Assembly (NCBI GenBank): GCA_963796105.1
Contig: CAWCKJ010000011.1
Span: forward strand, 64,001 to 128,000
Length of the DNA stretch: 64,000 bases
DNA from: a candidate division FCPU426 bacterium
GTDB taxonomy: Bacteria > Oederibacteriota > Muellerivitia > Muellerivitales > Muellerivitaceae
Reading direction: 5' to 3'
This document shows positions 50,688 through 60,394 of the stretch, piece by piece (the stretch's first letter is position 1; each line of letters begins with the position of its first letter). The position numbers and the translations under genes are program-made. The notes beneath the pieces were generated by a model, which did not search any database, was not told the origin of the DNA, and saw only the letters and a program-made list of their open reading frames with translations.

Positions 50688-51100
50688 TGTTCCCAGCTTA
50701 AGTCCAGCAGTTCCCGTGGTTATCTCAGCCTGTTCCCGGCTTAAGTCCTGCTGTTCCCGGGTTATCTCGGCTTGTTCCCGGCTTAAGTCCAGCTATTCCC
50801 GGGTTATCTCAGCCTGTTCCCGGCTTAAGTCCTGCTGTTCCCGGGTTATCTCGGCTTGTTCCCGGCTTAAGTCCAGCTATTCCCGGGTTATCTCAGCCTG
50901 TTCCTGGCTTAAGTCTTCCTGTTCCCAGGTTATCCCCGCCTGTTCCCGGCTTAAGTCCTGCTGTTCCCGGATTATCTCAGCCTGTTCCCGGCTTAAGTCC
51001 TGCTGTTCCCGGGTTATCTCGGCTTGTTCCCGGCTTAAGTCCTGCTGTTCCCAGGTTATCTCGGCTTGTTCCCAGTTCACAGCTGTTCCCGGGTTATCTT
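50688..51100. repeat. Tandem array of ~20 21-bp units with two alternating variants
   Basis: TGTTCCCGGCTTAAGTCCTGC alternating with TGTTCCCGGGTTATCTCRGCY. Confidence 0.95.
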
Positions 51101-51363
51101 CGGGGTGTCACTGGCCAGCCACTTTAACCCCCCTGGCCGCCTACTTTGCCCCCCCTCTTTTGGGCACTTCGAGGGGTGCCTGTTTCGGGGACTTCGACCC
51201 CTGCCTTGCGGGGCCTCTTTTTTAGATTAATTTAGACCCATCAAACTCCTTTCACAAGATGCGTTTTGCTTCCCCAACATTGGATGATACGAAGTCCCGC
51301 GCAAATCCCGTAACCAATAGGCGCAAGATTGCACGAATAAGACAGCATCGAACGATGGGTTTC

Positions 51364-52143
51364 TCATAGTTTTGCCTCTTTTTCCCTGCTGTGTTCTTTT
51401 TTCATTTCTTCGCGCATGGAACGGGTCCGAAAGGAAGGGCCCTGAATGACGACGGCAGTGGCATGGTGGACCAGGCGGTCCATGGCAGCCGAGGCTAGGA
51501 GGGCGTCGCCGAAAAGCTCCGGCCACTCCCGCAGACTGCGGTTGGTGGTAAAAATCAAGGAGCCCTTTTCATAACGCTCACAGATGATGTCGTAAAAATC
51601 CTCGGCGACCTTGGTGTCGAAGGGCTTGAGACCCCAGTCGTCCAGGATCAAGAGGTCGGGTTTCAGGAAGGATGCGAATCGGTTTTCCCAGGTACCGTCC
51701 CCGCGCGAGGCCGCTAATCGTTGGGCCGCATGCGAGGTCTTGATAAAGAGTACCTCATAACCCTTGCGGCAGACTTCATGGGCCAAAGCGCAGGCCAAAT
51801 GGGTTTTGCCCACACCTGAGGGACCGATGAAAAATAGGTTCTCTTTTCGCTCCACGAAAGAACAAGTACCCAAATCCAGGATTTGTTGCCGGTTGATGGC
51901 CGGGTTGAAGGCGAAATCGAACCCCGTTAGAGTCATATGGGTTGAGAAGCCCGCCTTTTTCAGCCTTCTTTGGAGTTGGCCCACTTGGCGGCGCTCCAGC
52001 TCATCCAACAGCAACTGGCCCAGGAAATCCATATAACCGATCTGGGATTCAATGGCCTGCTGGTTTCGGATTTCCAGCGTCTCCAACATACCTGCGAGTT
52101 TTAACCTTCTCAGGTGCGGCTCCAACTGATGTTTATTTTCCAT
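51364..52143 (-). CDS. istB: IS21 helper ATPase
   Basis: GPSGVGKTHL, LLILDDWG, DRLVHH. Confidence 0.95.
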   Translation of the reverse strand: MENKHQLEPHLRRLKLAGMLETLEIRNQQAIESQIGYMDFLGQLLLDELERRQVGQLQRRLKKAGFSTHMTLTGFDFAFNPAINRQQILDLGTCSFVERKENLFFIGPSGVGKTHLACALAHEVCRKGYEVLFIKTSHAAQRLAASRGDGTWENRFASFLKPDLLILDDWGLKPFDTKVAEDFYDIICERYEKGSLIFTTNRSLREWPELFGDALLASAAMDRLVHHATAVVIQGPSFRTRSMREEMKKEHSREKEAKL

Positions 52144-52156
52144 ATATGCTTCCTCC

Positions 52157-53713
52157 TCAATTTTTATCCAGAGCCAAGGCACGGAGGAAATCCTCCGCGG
52201 GCCGGGCGAAATCGAAAGACGACTGGGGTTTGAGTGAAGGATCCGACGGCGGGTCCAACGGGTTTTGATCGAGGTTCTTTTGAAGGATGTTTTTGATGGA
52301 TTGGTACGTGTAGTTTCCGAAATGGAGGGCCCTTAGACAGGCTGCCTCCAGACGGGAAGGCAGGTACTTTTCCCTCAAGCGCAGAATGCCCTGGGCTTTG
52401 CGCAGATGGTCCAGGGGGTGGGAGTGTTCCAGCAGGAGTTGGATTAATTGATGGGTATTAGGTCCAATGGCCTGGGCCTGTTTGAGGCACCATTGTGGGG
52501 TTCGTTCCAAGAAGACCGCTTTTTCAGGGGGATAGTGGCCCGGGTTGGTGCGCCAGGTTCCCTTGCGTGTGGCCTTGGCGTGGGAAGCCACGCATTCGTG
52601 TTTGAGAAATATATCAACGGTGGTGTCGGTTAATTGGGCCAGTAGTTTTTGGCCCCGAAGACGGTAGGGAGCCGAGTAATAGGAACCTTCCACGACTACG
52701 TGGCAATCGGGGTGCAGAGTGGCTTCTTTGAAGAAAGTTGGATGGTAAGCCGCGGTAGGCAGGGGCAAAAGGGCCTTCTGTTCCACGCTCTGGAAGACGG
52801 CCAAGGGTTGAAGCCGGGTGGTGCCATGATCCCGTAAACCTGCCTTGTTCATCACCCAATCGCGGAGTTGATGGTTGGCATCGGTGCGGCCCTGGAAGGA
52901 ACGACCCTTGAAGAAGGAATTACGGACATAGGGCACGCCGCGTTCAACTTTACCCTTGTGGCGTGGAGTGGCGACGCGGCAAGGGGAGATGATGAAGCCG
53001 TAATGGTTGGCGCATTCCACGTAGGTACGGTTGGCCAAGGGATCATAGAGGGCCGCCTTGACGATGGCGCTTTTCAGGTTATCGATTACGATTTTTTTAG
53101 GGACTGAATTGAAGAACTCGAAAGCCCGGCGGTGGCAGGCGATCCAGGTTCTCACGTCCTGTGCGAATACAATCTCGGCGTACATATGCCGGGAATGGGA
53201 AAGGGTCATCACGAAAACCCAGGCCTTGGCTTGCTTGCCACGCGTCTCGTCCCACAAGCGGCCCAAAAGCCCGAAATCCACTTGGGCCTCCTCGCCGGGC
53301 GCAACCTCCAGCCTCACGTAGGCGGGTTTCTCATTGCGAAAAGGCTCCGTATACCTCTTCAGGGTCGAGTAACTCCCCTTCCACCCGTGCCGCTCTTGAA
53401 GCATCTCCTGGATGCGAATCAAGGTGAAATCTTCCTTCAACCATTCTTGGATGATTCCCTTGAGGGCCTCCAAGGCATGAGCGGGAACGGGCGTGGATTT
53501 TTCGCCGTCTTCCCAAGCCTTCGCCAAATCCTTTTCCAGGGGAAGTTCCCCTTGGAGAAAGCCATGTTCTTTCGCCCAACGCACGTATTGCTTGACCGTG
53601 TGCTTATTGCATCCCAGGGCCCGGGCAGTGGGTTTGAACCCGCCCAAGGCCTGGTAAGTCCTCAAAATCTCACGAATAGTCGCCATGTCGCTCTGCCTCC
53701 CTTGTCGGGTCAT
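52157..53713 (-). CDS. istA: IS21 transposase
   Basis: PGEEAQVDFG, IDNLKS, KGKVERGV, YSAPY. Confidence 0.95.
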   Translation of the reverse strand: MTRQGRQSDMATIREILRTYQALGGFKPTARALGCNKHTVKQYVRWAKEHGFLQGELPLEKDLAKAWEDGEKSTPVPAHALEALKGIIQEWLKEDFTLIRIQEMLQERHGWKGSYSTLKRYTEPFRNEKPAYVRLEVAPGEEAQVDFGLLGRLWDETRGKQAKAWVFVMTLSHSRHMYAEIVFAQDVRTWIACHRRAFEFFNSVPKKIVIDNLKSAIVKAALYDPLANRTYVECANHYGFIISPCRVATPRHKGKVERGVPYVRNSFFKGRSFQGRTDANHQLRDWVMNKAGLRDHGTTRLQPLAVFQSVEQKALLPLPTAAYHPTFFKEATLHPDCHVVVEGSYYSAPYRLRGQKLLAQLTDTTVDIFLKHECVASHAKATRKGTWRTNPGHYPPEKAVFLERTPQWCLKQAQAIGPNTHQLIQLLLEHSHPLDHLRKAQGILRLREKYLPSRLEAACLRALHFGNYTYQSIKNILQKNLDQNPLDPPSDPSLKPQSSFDFARPAEDFLRALALDKN

Positions 53714-53924
53714 GCCGTTCTCCTCACATGAAGTGAAAAAAGAAAGGAATGACGGTTAGAGAGGCCCTTGGCAAGGGGGTCAAAGTCGGTGGCCAGACAG
53801 GGGGTCAAAGTGACTGGCCAGAGGTGGGGTCAAAGTGCTTGGCCAGCTAGGGGGTTAAAGCTCGCGGCCAATGACACGGGGTGACCCGTTGAAATAAAGC
53901 CCCTAATAACCCCAAAATCAACTT

Positions 53925-55799
53925 ATGAGAAAGGACCCCCTCACCCCTAGCCGTGTCGCCAGGGTACCGGATAAACCCCTCCTTGTTTACGACGGGGATT
54001 GCGGTTTTTGCAGGAAATGGGCCGCCCGGTGGCACCGCCTCACCGGCGACAAGGTGGATTACGAACCTTACCAGCAATCCGCCTCCCGTTTCCCCGAAAT
54101 TCCCCTCCACCGGTTCGAAACCGCCGTCCAACTGATCGGCCCGGACGGGAGAGTGTCGGAGGGGGCCGAGGCTGTTTTCAAGACCCTGTCCTTCTCCTCC
54201 TGGCTGGGATGGCTGGCCGGGGCCTATAACCGGGTTCCGGGTTTCGCCCCAGCCTCCGAGGCCCTTTACGGGTTCGTGGCAAGCCACCGGGGTTTATTTT
54301 CCTCCGCCTCTTCCTGCGGCACCGCCCCGGCTGACAGCCCCCCTTCCTATTTCCTTGCCCGTGGGTGGTTCCTGAAAGTCCTGGCCCTGTCCTACCTGGC
54401 GGCATTCCTTTCCCTTTGGACCCAGGTGGAAGGCCTCCTGGGAAGTTCCGGAATCCTGCCCGCGGCGTCCTTTTTAAACTCCGTGAAGGGCCAACTCGGG
54501 GCTTCAGGCTTCCTGCAGTTCCCCACCCTTTGCTGGATCAATTGCGGCGATTGGTTCCTTTCGCTCCTTTGCGCCGGAGGGGCCGCGCTCAGCCTGTTAC
54601 TTCTGTTCGATTTTTTTCCGTCCTTTTGCCTGGCCGGGCTTTGGGTGATTTACCTTTCGCTGGTGAAAGTCGGGCAGGATTTCCTCAGTTTCCAATGGGA
54701 CAATCTCCTCCTGGAAGCGGGGTTCCTGGCTATATTCATGATGCCCCCCGGCCTAAAAAGACTCCGGGGATCCCATGCGCCCGCGGCGCGCCCAATACTT
54801 TGGCTGTACCAATGGCTTCTCTTCCGCCTTATGTTTTCCTCGGGTGTGGTGAAGCTGGTGAGCGGGGATCACGCTTGGAGGAATTTAACGGCCCTCCGGT
54901 ACCATTACGAAACACAGCCCCTCCCGACCCACTTAGCCTGGGTGATGAACCAATTGCCGGCCTGGTTCCAGGGGCTCTCCTGCCTTTATATGTTCGGGGT
55001 GGAACTGGCGGTCCCATTCCTGGTATTCGGGCCCCGCCGCTTGAGGCCCTGGGCCTTCCCGTTCCTGGCGTCCCTCCAGGTCTTGATCGCCTTGACCGGC
55101 AATTATTGTTTCTTCAATCTTCTGGCCCTGGGGTTGTGCTTGTTCACGCTGGAGGACGCGGCCTGGCCGGCTTGGGCCAGGAGGCGGGTTCCCAGCCCCG
55201 TTGAAAACCCCCCGAAAGGTTCCATGCCCCGGTGGGTGACGGGTTCCGTTTTTGCCGCCGTTCTGTATCTGTCTCTGTTCCAATGGCCCTATATTTTCGG
55301 GTGGGAGCCGAGGTGGCCGGCCCCCCTCGCGGCGGTTTTTGAAATCCTGGAGCCCTTCCAAAGCGTCAACAGTTACGGTTTGTTCGCGGTCATGACCACC
55401 ACCCGCCCGGAAATCGCCGTGGAAGGAAGCAGTGACGGGATAAGCTGGTCGGAATATGAATTCAAGTTCAAGGCCGGGGACTTAAAGGCCCGGCCCCGCT
55501 GGGCGGCGCCCCACCAGCCGAGGCTCGATTGGCAGATGTGGTTCGCGGCCCTGGGGGACGCCCGTCAAAACCCCTGGTTCGTGAATTTCCTGGTAAGGCT
55601 CCTTCAAGGTTCGCAACCCGTCCTGGCTCTGTTGAAAACCAACCCTTTCCCCCAGAAGCCCCCCCGGTTCATCCGCGCCCAAATTTACGATTACCATTTC
55701 ACGGATTCCGGGGAGAAGGCCGGGTCGGGCGCATGGTGGAAGAGGAAGTACCTGGGACCTTACATACCGGCTTTTTCCCTGGGGGATGTCCAGCCCTGA
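53925..55799 (+). CDS. DCC1/DUF393 thiol-disulfide domain fused to a lipase maturation factor family membrane domain
   Basis: YDGDCGFC; FQWDNLLLEAGF, HYETQPLP, PHQPRLDWQMWF. Confidence 0.9.
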   Translation: MRKDPLTPSRVARVPDKPLLVYDGDCGFCRKWAARWHRLTGDKVDYEPYQQSASRFPEIPLHRFETAVQLIGPDGRVSEGAEAVFKTLSFSSWLGWLAGAYNRVPGFAPASEALYGFVASHRGLFSSASSCGTAPADSPPSYFLARGWFLKVLALSYLAAFLSLWTQVEGLLGSSGILPAASFLNSVKGQLGASGFLQFPTLCWINCGDWFLSLLCAGGAALSLLLLFDFFPSFCLAGLWVIYLSLVKVGQDFLSFQWDNLLLEAGFLAIFMMPPGLKRLRGSHAPAARPILWLYQWLLFRLMFSSGVVKLVSGDHAWRNLTALRYHYETQPLPTHLAWVMNQLPAWFQGLSCLYMFGVELAVPFLVFGPRRLRPWAFPFLASLQVLIALTGNYCFFNLLALGLCLFTLEDAAWPAWARRRVPSPVENPPKGSMPRWVTGSVFAAVLYLSLFQWPYIFGWEPRWPAPLAAVFEILEPFQSVNSYGLFAVMTTTRPEIAVEGSSDGISWSEYEFKFKAGDLKARPRWAAPHQPRLDWQMWFAALGDARQNPWFVNFLVRLLQGSQPVLALLKTNPFPQKPPRFIRAQIYDYHFTDSGEKAGSGAWWKRKYLGPYIPAFSLGDVQP

Positions 55800-55893
55800 G
55801 GTCCTTTGTTGTTTTTAGAACCGATCTCAAAATACCTACTGCGCGGACGAAAGCAGATTCCCCCTTAATCTTCGGCAGATCCTTTACGGCCGT

Positions 55894-56496
55894 CTAGAAT
55901 ACCTCGAAAGTAATCCTAAGCCGCGTCTTGGAATCCACCGGCACATTGTCCTGGGCCGCCGGTTTGAACTGCCACTTCGAGGCGGTTTTTATTGCGATGG
56001 CATCCAACTCGTCGTTGCCGCTGGTATCCAACAGCCTCGGGGTCACCGCCCCCTGGGCCGTAATGAGGAACTCGATCACCACGTTGGCCTTGAGGTTTTG
56101 GTTCCGTAAGTAAACGGGGATGACCGGCTCCGGGGCGTAAAGGGCCACGGGACCGTGGGTCGGACCCAACTGTGGGCCGGCCTCCACCTGGTTCTGTTCA
56201 GGGGCTTTCGGCTGTTCCTTCTTTTCCGTTTTTTTCTTGTGGCTTTGTTTCCGGCTGAAGACGATCTCCTCGTCGTCCTTGACGGCCGTGGTACCTGTCA
56301 AATGGGCGTTGGCGGGTAGTTGGACGATCTGGGCTTCCACATAGTTGGCGGAATCAAAGCGGTTCCTCAAAAAAGGAAGCCGCCCCAACCCTAAGGCCAG
56401 GAAGAAAAGGATTTCCAGGCCAAGGGCCATCATTGCGGCCTGTCCGATCCTTTTTCCGTCATCATCCCATTTGGAGTAACTTTGGGTGCCGTTCAC
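55894..56496 (-). CDS. tonB: TonB family energy transducer
   Basis: N-terminal TM; C-terminal SGNDELD..A..WQFKPA. Confidence 0.85.
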   Translation of the reverse strand: MNGTQSYSKWDDDGKRIGQAAMMALGLEILFFLALGLGRLPFLRNRFDSANYVEAQIVQLPANAHLTGTTAVKDDEEIVFSRKQSHKKKTEKKEQPKAPEQNQVEAGPQLGPTHGPVALYAPEPVIPVYLRNQNLKANVVIEFLITAQGAVTPRLLDTSGNDELDAIAIKTASKWQFKPAAQDNVPVDSKTRLRITFEVF

Positions 56497-56903
56497 TTAT
56501 TTTTCTCCGCTTCCGCCACCAGGGCGAATTTTCGGACCCCCACTTCCTTGGCCTTGTCCATGGCCCCCAACACCAAGCCGTAACCCACGCCCTCGTCAGC
56601 GTTGACGATCACGGCCGCCTGGGGGTCGGTTTGCATCTGGTAGGCCAGTTGGCTTCCCAGGGTGTCGAGGGTCACGGGGGTTTTATTGACCATAAGCGAC
56701 CCATCCTTCTTGACCGTGAGGATAATGTTTTGTTTCATCGTCTCCGGTTTTCCCGACATCTTGGGTAGCACCACCTTGACGCTGTTGATGCGCGTCATGG
56801 CCAGGGAAGAGACCATGAAGAAGACCAAAAGGAAGAAAATAACGTCGATCATGGGGATGATCTCGATGCGGACCTTCTTGATGGGCCTTTGCCGGATTTG
56901 CAT
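56493..56903 (-). CDS. exbD: Biopolymer transport protein ExbD
   Basis: IEIIPMIDVIFFLLVFFMV. Confidence 0.93.
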   Translation of the reverse strand: MQIRQRPIKKVRIEIIPMIDVIFFLLVFFMVSSLAMTRINSVKVVLPKMSGKPETMKQNIILTVKKDGSLMVNKTPVTLDTLGSQLAYQMQTDPQAAVIVNADEGVGYGLVLGAMDKAKEVGVRKFALVAEAEKNK

Positions 56904-57538
56904 TATTTTTTCCTCCGTTCCGCCGCCATCCGCGCCTCCACCAGCCGGGAGCCAGCCGATTCCATCTTGTAGATGAAATTCTTGATGAGCGTGTTGTAAT
57001 AGTTGTGCGCGATGACGCAGACCAGAGCGATCACGAGCCCCGTGGCGGTTGCGATCAGCGCCTCCGCGATGCCGCCCGTGATGGAATAGGGGTCGTCCAC
57101 CCCGCTTTGGGTCAGGACCTTGAAGGAACTCATCATCCCGATGATGGTCCCCAAGAGCCCCATGAGGGGAGCAATGGTGATGGTCGTGTCCAGCACGTGG
57201 ACGAACTTTTCCAGGCGCGGCACCCAGCTTTCTCCCTCGTTTTTCATGGCCAATTCCATCTCAACCAGGGGGCTGGTGAAATGTTCCAGTCCTGTTTTCA
57301 TCACCGCCGCGACGGGGATATCCTTTCCCGCGCAAAACTTGGACGCCTCCGGAACCTTTCCTTCCCTTACCCTGTCCAGGACCCCCTCGATGAGGTCCGG
57401 CGGGGTGGCATACCGCTTAAAATAGGTCCTCCAGCGCTCGATAATCACCGTCAAAGCGATTAAAGAGGACGCTAACAGCGGGAGCATCATGAATCCGCCC
57501 CGGAAAATAAATTTGAACCCTTCCAGAAATCCGCTCAT
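56903..57538 (-). CDS. exbB: MotA/TolQ/ExbB proton channel
   Basis: APLMGLLGTIIGM, GIAEALIATATGL. Confidence 0.93.
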   Translation of the reverse strand: MSGFLEGFKFIFRGGFMMLPLLASSLIALTVIIERWRTYFKRYATPPDLIEGVLDRVREGKVPEASKFCAGKDIPVAAVMKTGLEHFTSPLVEMELAMKNEGESWVPRLEKFVHVLDTTITIAPLMGLLGTIIGMMSSFKVLTQSGVDDPYSITGGIAEALIATATGLVIALVCVIAHNYYNTLIKNFIYKMESAGSRLVEARMAAERRKK

Positions 57539-57564
57539 ATTTATTCCTTTCTTAGTCAAAAGTT

Positions 57565-57612
57565 AAAAACGGAAAGACGCCGGCCGGTCCTGAACCGGCC
57601 GGCGTTTTCCTC
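57565..57612 (-). terminator. GC-rich hairpin/terminator after the TonB-dependent receptor
   Basis: ACGCCGGCCGGT-tcagg-ACCGGCCGGCGT followed by a T-rich tail on the minus strand. Confidence 0.7.
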
Positions 57613-57619
57613 GAAACGT

Positions 57620-60049
57620 TTAAATCTCCTTGGCCAGGCGGAAGATGAATTGCCGCCCCGACTCGAAGTGGTTGCCGTTGAACCCGTTGGCAATGAAAAT
57701 CGGGTACTGGTTGTCGAATATGTTCAGCACGTCCAGGCTGGCTTTGAGCCCCGAAAGCCCGCTTTCCTTCTTGAAGGCGTAGCCCAGGGTGGCGTCCATC
57801 GTGAAATGTGAGGGAAGCCTCAAGGAGTTGTTGGGGCCGGTGCTCAAGCCCCCGCCGAATAAGCCTTCCGCGGTGATCCAGAGGTCGCCCGGGTTGTAGG
57901 TCAGTCCCCCGTTGGCCGTGTGGATCTGGCAGTGGTCCAGGAATTGGTAAACGCCCGGCTCGAAATCGTAACCGGGGGGAAAGGCGAAGAGTCCGCCGTT
58001 GATTCCCTGGCCCTTGGCGATCTCGTAGGAATAGTTCGCGAAATCCGACCATTGGCTGTCGATTTTCCCGTTGATGGAGAAATCCACGCCGTAGGCGTAG
58101 CCGGTAGAGAAGTTGTAGGGCTGGGCTATGGCGGTGTTCAATAACTGGACGTCATCCAGCATATCCGTCGCGAATTTGTAATACCCGTTGACGGAAAACA
58201 GGTGGTCCCCGGCCTGCTGGGCGGCCCCGGCCTCGAAGTAGTCGTCCTTCTCAGCCTTGATGTCGTAGGGGGCCAATTGGTTCCCCTGGCCGAGGTTGAT
58301 GAAGGTATCCCGAAGGTCCTCCGGCGGGGCCGGCATGAAAAGCCTGCCGTAAAACAAGTGGACCTTCGTGTTGTCCGTGGGAAGGATGCTCAACCCCACG
58401 CGCGGTTCCACCATGGAGTCGTTGGCGGTGGTTTCCGGAAAGACGAACTGGGTGGCGTCGATGCGGACCCCCGCGTCCAGGACCAGCCACTTGGCGAGCG
58501 TCAGGTCGTCCTGCAGGTAAAACCCCTCCTGGTAGCCGTTGTCCGTGGCGTCGTCGCTGGTGGAAGTCGTGACCGGCGTGCCGCCGGTGGAATCCACGAA
58601 AACGACGTTCACGGGGCCGAAGGACTGGGTCCAGAGGGCCTGGACCCCGGCCTTGATGAGGTTGCTGTCCCCGGCGCGCAGGGTGTAGTCCGCCTGGAAT
58701 CCCAGGTTGTTGCTGGTCCGGTTTTCCGAGAAGGAATCCGCGGTGGTTTGGAACAGGGACGTTGAGGCCAGGTCGTCGGCAAGGTCGTTGGTGAAGACCG
58801 CGTTCGACTGCTTCCAATAGGGAGCCACCTGCAGGAAGGAGTTGTCGCCGAAACTGTGTTTCCAGGCGAACTCCACGTACTTGTTGGATTCGCTCTGGGT
58901 ATCGTTGGTCCCCGATGGCACGTAATTAAAAGGCCCGTTCCCGTAAGGATCGGTATAGGTGCTGAAGAATGGGCTGTTGGAGCCGAACGAGACTGGATAG
59001 TTCGGGATTTGGTAGAACTTGTTCTCGCTGAAGCCGATGAGGGCCAGCTTATTGGAGTTGTCCGCCACCCAATCGAGCTTCACGAACTGGTTGGAACCGT
59101 AGCTCTGGTCGTGGACCGCCTCTGAGCCTCCCTTCGAGTCGTCCGTCTGACTCGCAGGATTGGGAGTGTCCAGTCCCCGGTCGGTGTAGGTGCTGTTGGC
59201 CGAGAGGAAGTAATGGAAAACCCCGGATGCGTCCGATCCGCCGTAATTGGCGAAAGGCGAAAGCTGGTTATAGGACCCGTAATCCAGGCCGATATCCCCG
59301 CCGGGAGTCGTGGACCCCGACTTGGTGACGATGTTGACCACCCCTGCCAGGCGCGTCCCGAACTCGGCGGGTAGGCCCCCGGTGAGGACGTCCATATGGT
59401 CGATGTTCACGGGAGTAAAAGCCTCGCCGAAGGACCCCCCCGTGGAATCGGGAAGCTGGATGCCGTCGATCTGGTATTGCAGGTTGGCGTGGTTGCCCCG
59501 GGTGAAGATTTGCCCGAATGGCCCCTCCACCATCCCCGCGTTGGTGGTATAGAGAATTTTGGGGAGGGAAGCCGTGTCCCCCTGGGGAAGCTGGGCGATT
59601 TCCTCCGCGTCGATTGATTTACTGCTGGAGGCGGAATTGGTGATGAGTTGGCGCTTTTCGCGCACAGTCATTTGCATTTCCGCGCTTCCCGCCGTGACCA
59701 GGCTCATGTCGAGGGTGGTATTGTTCCCCGAGACCTCCACCTTGGCCTGGTAAGGCGCAAAGCCGTCGGCTTGCACGCTGACCTCGTATTCCCCGAAAGT
59801 CAAAGGAAAGGCTTGATAGGTCCCAGTCGCCGTGGAAACGGCGGACTTTTCGATCCCTTGTCCTTTGATGGTGATTTTGGCGTTTTCCACCGCCACCCCC
59901 TTGTCGTCCGTAACCGTCCCCGACAAAGCGCCGGTCACCGTGGCAAACGCGGGAGAAATACAAACACTGAAAAGAGCGAGCAGCGACAAAAGCATTTTTT
60001 TATAGGCTTTCATTTTCATCTCCTGTGTCATTGGATTTTTAAATCTCAT
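57620..60049 (-). CDS. TonB-dependent receptor with N-terminal carboxypeptidase-regulatory-like domain
   Basis: Signal peptide; plug TRGNH..IDGI..GGLPAEFG..AGVVNIVTKSG; NIFD near the C-terminus; start may be 60019 or 60013. Confidence 0.92.
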   Translation of the reverse strand: MRFKNPMTQEMKMKAYKKMLLSLLALFSVCISPAFATVTGALSGTVTDDKGVAVENAKITIKGQGIEKSAVSTATGTYQAFPLTFGEYEVSVQADGFAPYQAKVEVSGNNTTLDMSLVTAGSAEMQMTVREKRQLITNSASSSKSIDAEEIAQLPQGDTASLPKILYTTNAGMVEGPFGQIFTRGNHANLQYQIDGIQLPDSTGGSFGEAFTPVNIDHMDVLTGGLPAEFGTRLAGVVNIVTKSGSTTPGGDIGLDYGSYNQLSPFANYGGSDASGVFHYFLSANSTYTDRGLDTPNPASQTDDSKGGSEAVHDQSYGSNQFVKLDWVADNSNKLALIGFSENKFYQIPNYPVSFGSNSPFFSTYTDPYGNGPFNYVPSGTNDTQSESNKYVEFAWKHSFGDNSFLQVAPYWKQSNAVFTNDLADDLASTSLFQTTADSFSENRTSNNLGFQADYTLRAGDSNLIKAGVQALWTQSFGPVNVVFVDSTGGTPVTTSTSDDATDNGYQEGFYLQDDLTLAKWLVLDAGVRIDATQFVFPETTANDSMVEPRVGLSILPTDNTKVHLFYGRLFMPAPPEDLRDTFINLGQGNQLAPYDIKAEKDDYFEAGAAQQAGDHLFSVNGYYKFATDMLDDVQLLNTAIAQPYNFSTGYAYGVDFSINGKIDSQWSDFANYSYEIAKGQGINGGLFAFPPGYDFEPGVYQFLDHCQIHTANGGLTYNPGDLWITAEGLFGGGLSTGPNNSLRLPSHFTMDATLGYAFKKESGLSGLKASLDVLNIFDNQYPIFIANGFNGNHFESGRQFIFRLAKEI

Positions 60050-60070
60050 TTTTTAAGCCCCTAATCCCAT

Positions 60071-60394
60071 TCAACCGGGACAAATGGCTTCGGGCGGGGA
60101 CCTGCCGGGCCGCCGGAAAATATCCTGGAATAAAAATTCCAGTTTGGTCCCGGTTAAAACCAGGATGAAAAAAAGCGGGAAGAGCGTTGGCTGGGCCTGG
60201 GCTTCGGTGCCTTGGGACCCCGTATGGCACCATTGGCAATAGGGGCAATCCCGCTCCGAATCGGAGCCGTGGTGCCTATGGAAAAATCCTTCCCCGGTCA
60301 TGATCAGCAAAAAAAACAACGCCAATGAGACCAGGACCGATTTAAAAACAATTTTCTTGAATTCCAGGGAGTTCCCCTTGAGCCTCAAAACCAT
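60071..60394 (-). CDS. DUF2946/CruR-like leader protein with metal-binding and arrest motifs
   Basis: TM, HRHH..DCPYC, C-terminal GRSPP directly upstream of the receptor; start uncertain. Confidence 0.7.
   Translation of the reverse strand: MVLRLKGNSLEFKKIVFKSVLVSLALFFLLIMTGEGFFHRHHGSDSERDCPYCQWCHTGSQGTEAQAQPTLFPLFFILVLTGTKLEFLFQDIFRRPGRSPPEAICPG

Larger units (their letters stand above)
51106..53876 (-). mobile_element. IS21-family insertion sequence
   Basis: TGTCA...TGACA termini, multiple subterminal GGGGTCAAAG-N5-GGCCA repeats, 5-bp target duplication CGGGG (51101-51105, 53877-53881). Confidence 0.95.

Noticed and set aside
50688..51100. CRISPR array
   Set aside because: Units are contiguous tandem repeats without unique spacers, and there are no cas genes
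50641..51225. 194-aa Cys/Ser-rich ORF and the 67-aa antisense heptad ORF as genes
   Set aside because: Both arise from the 21-bp repeat; no convincing RBS; the plus ORF runs into the IS end and the minus frame has internal stops
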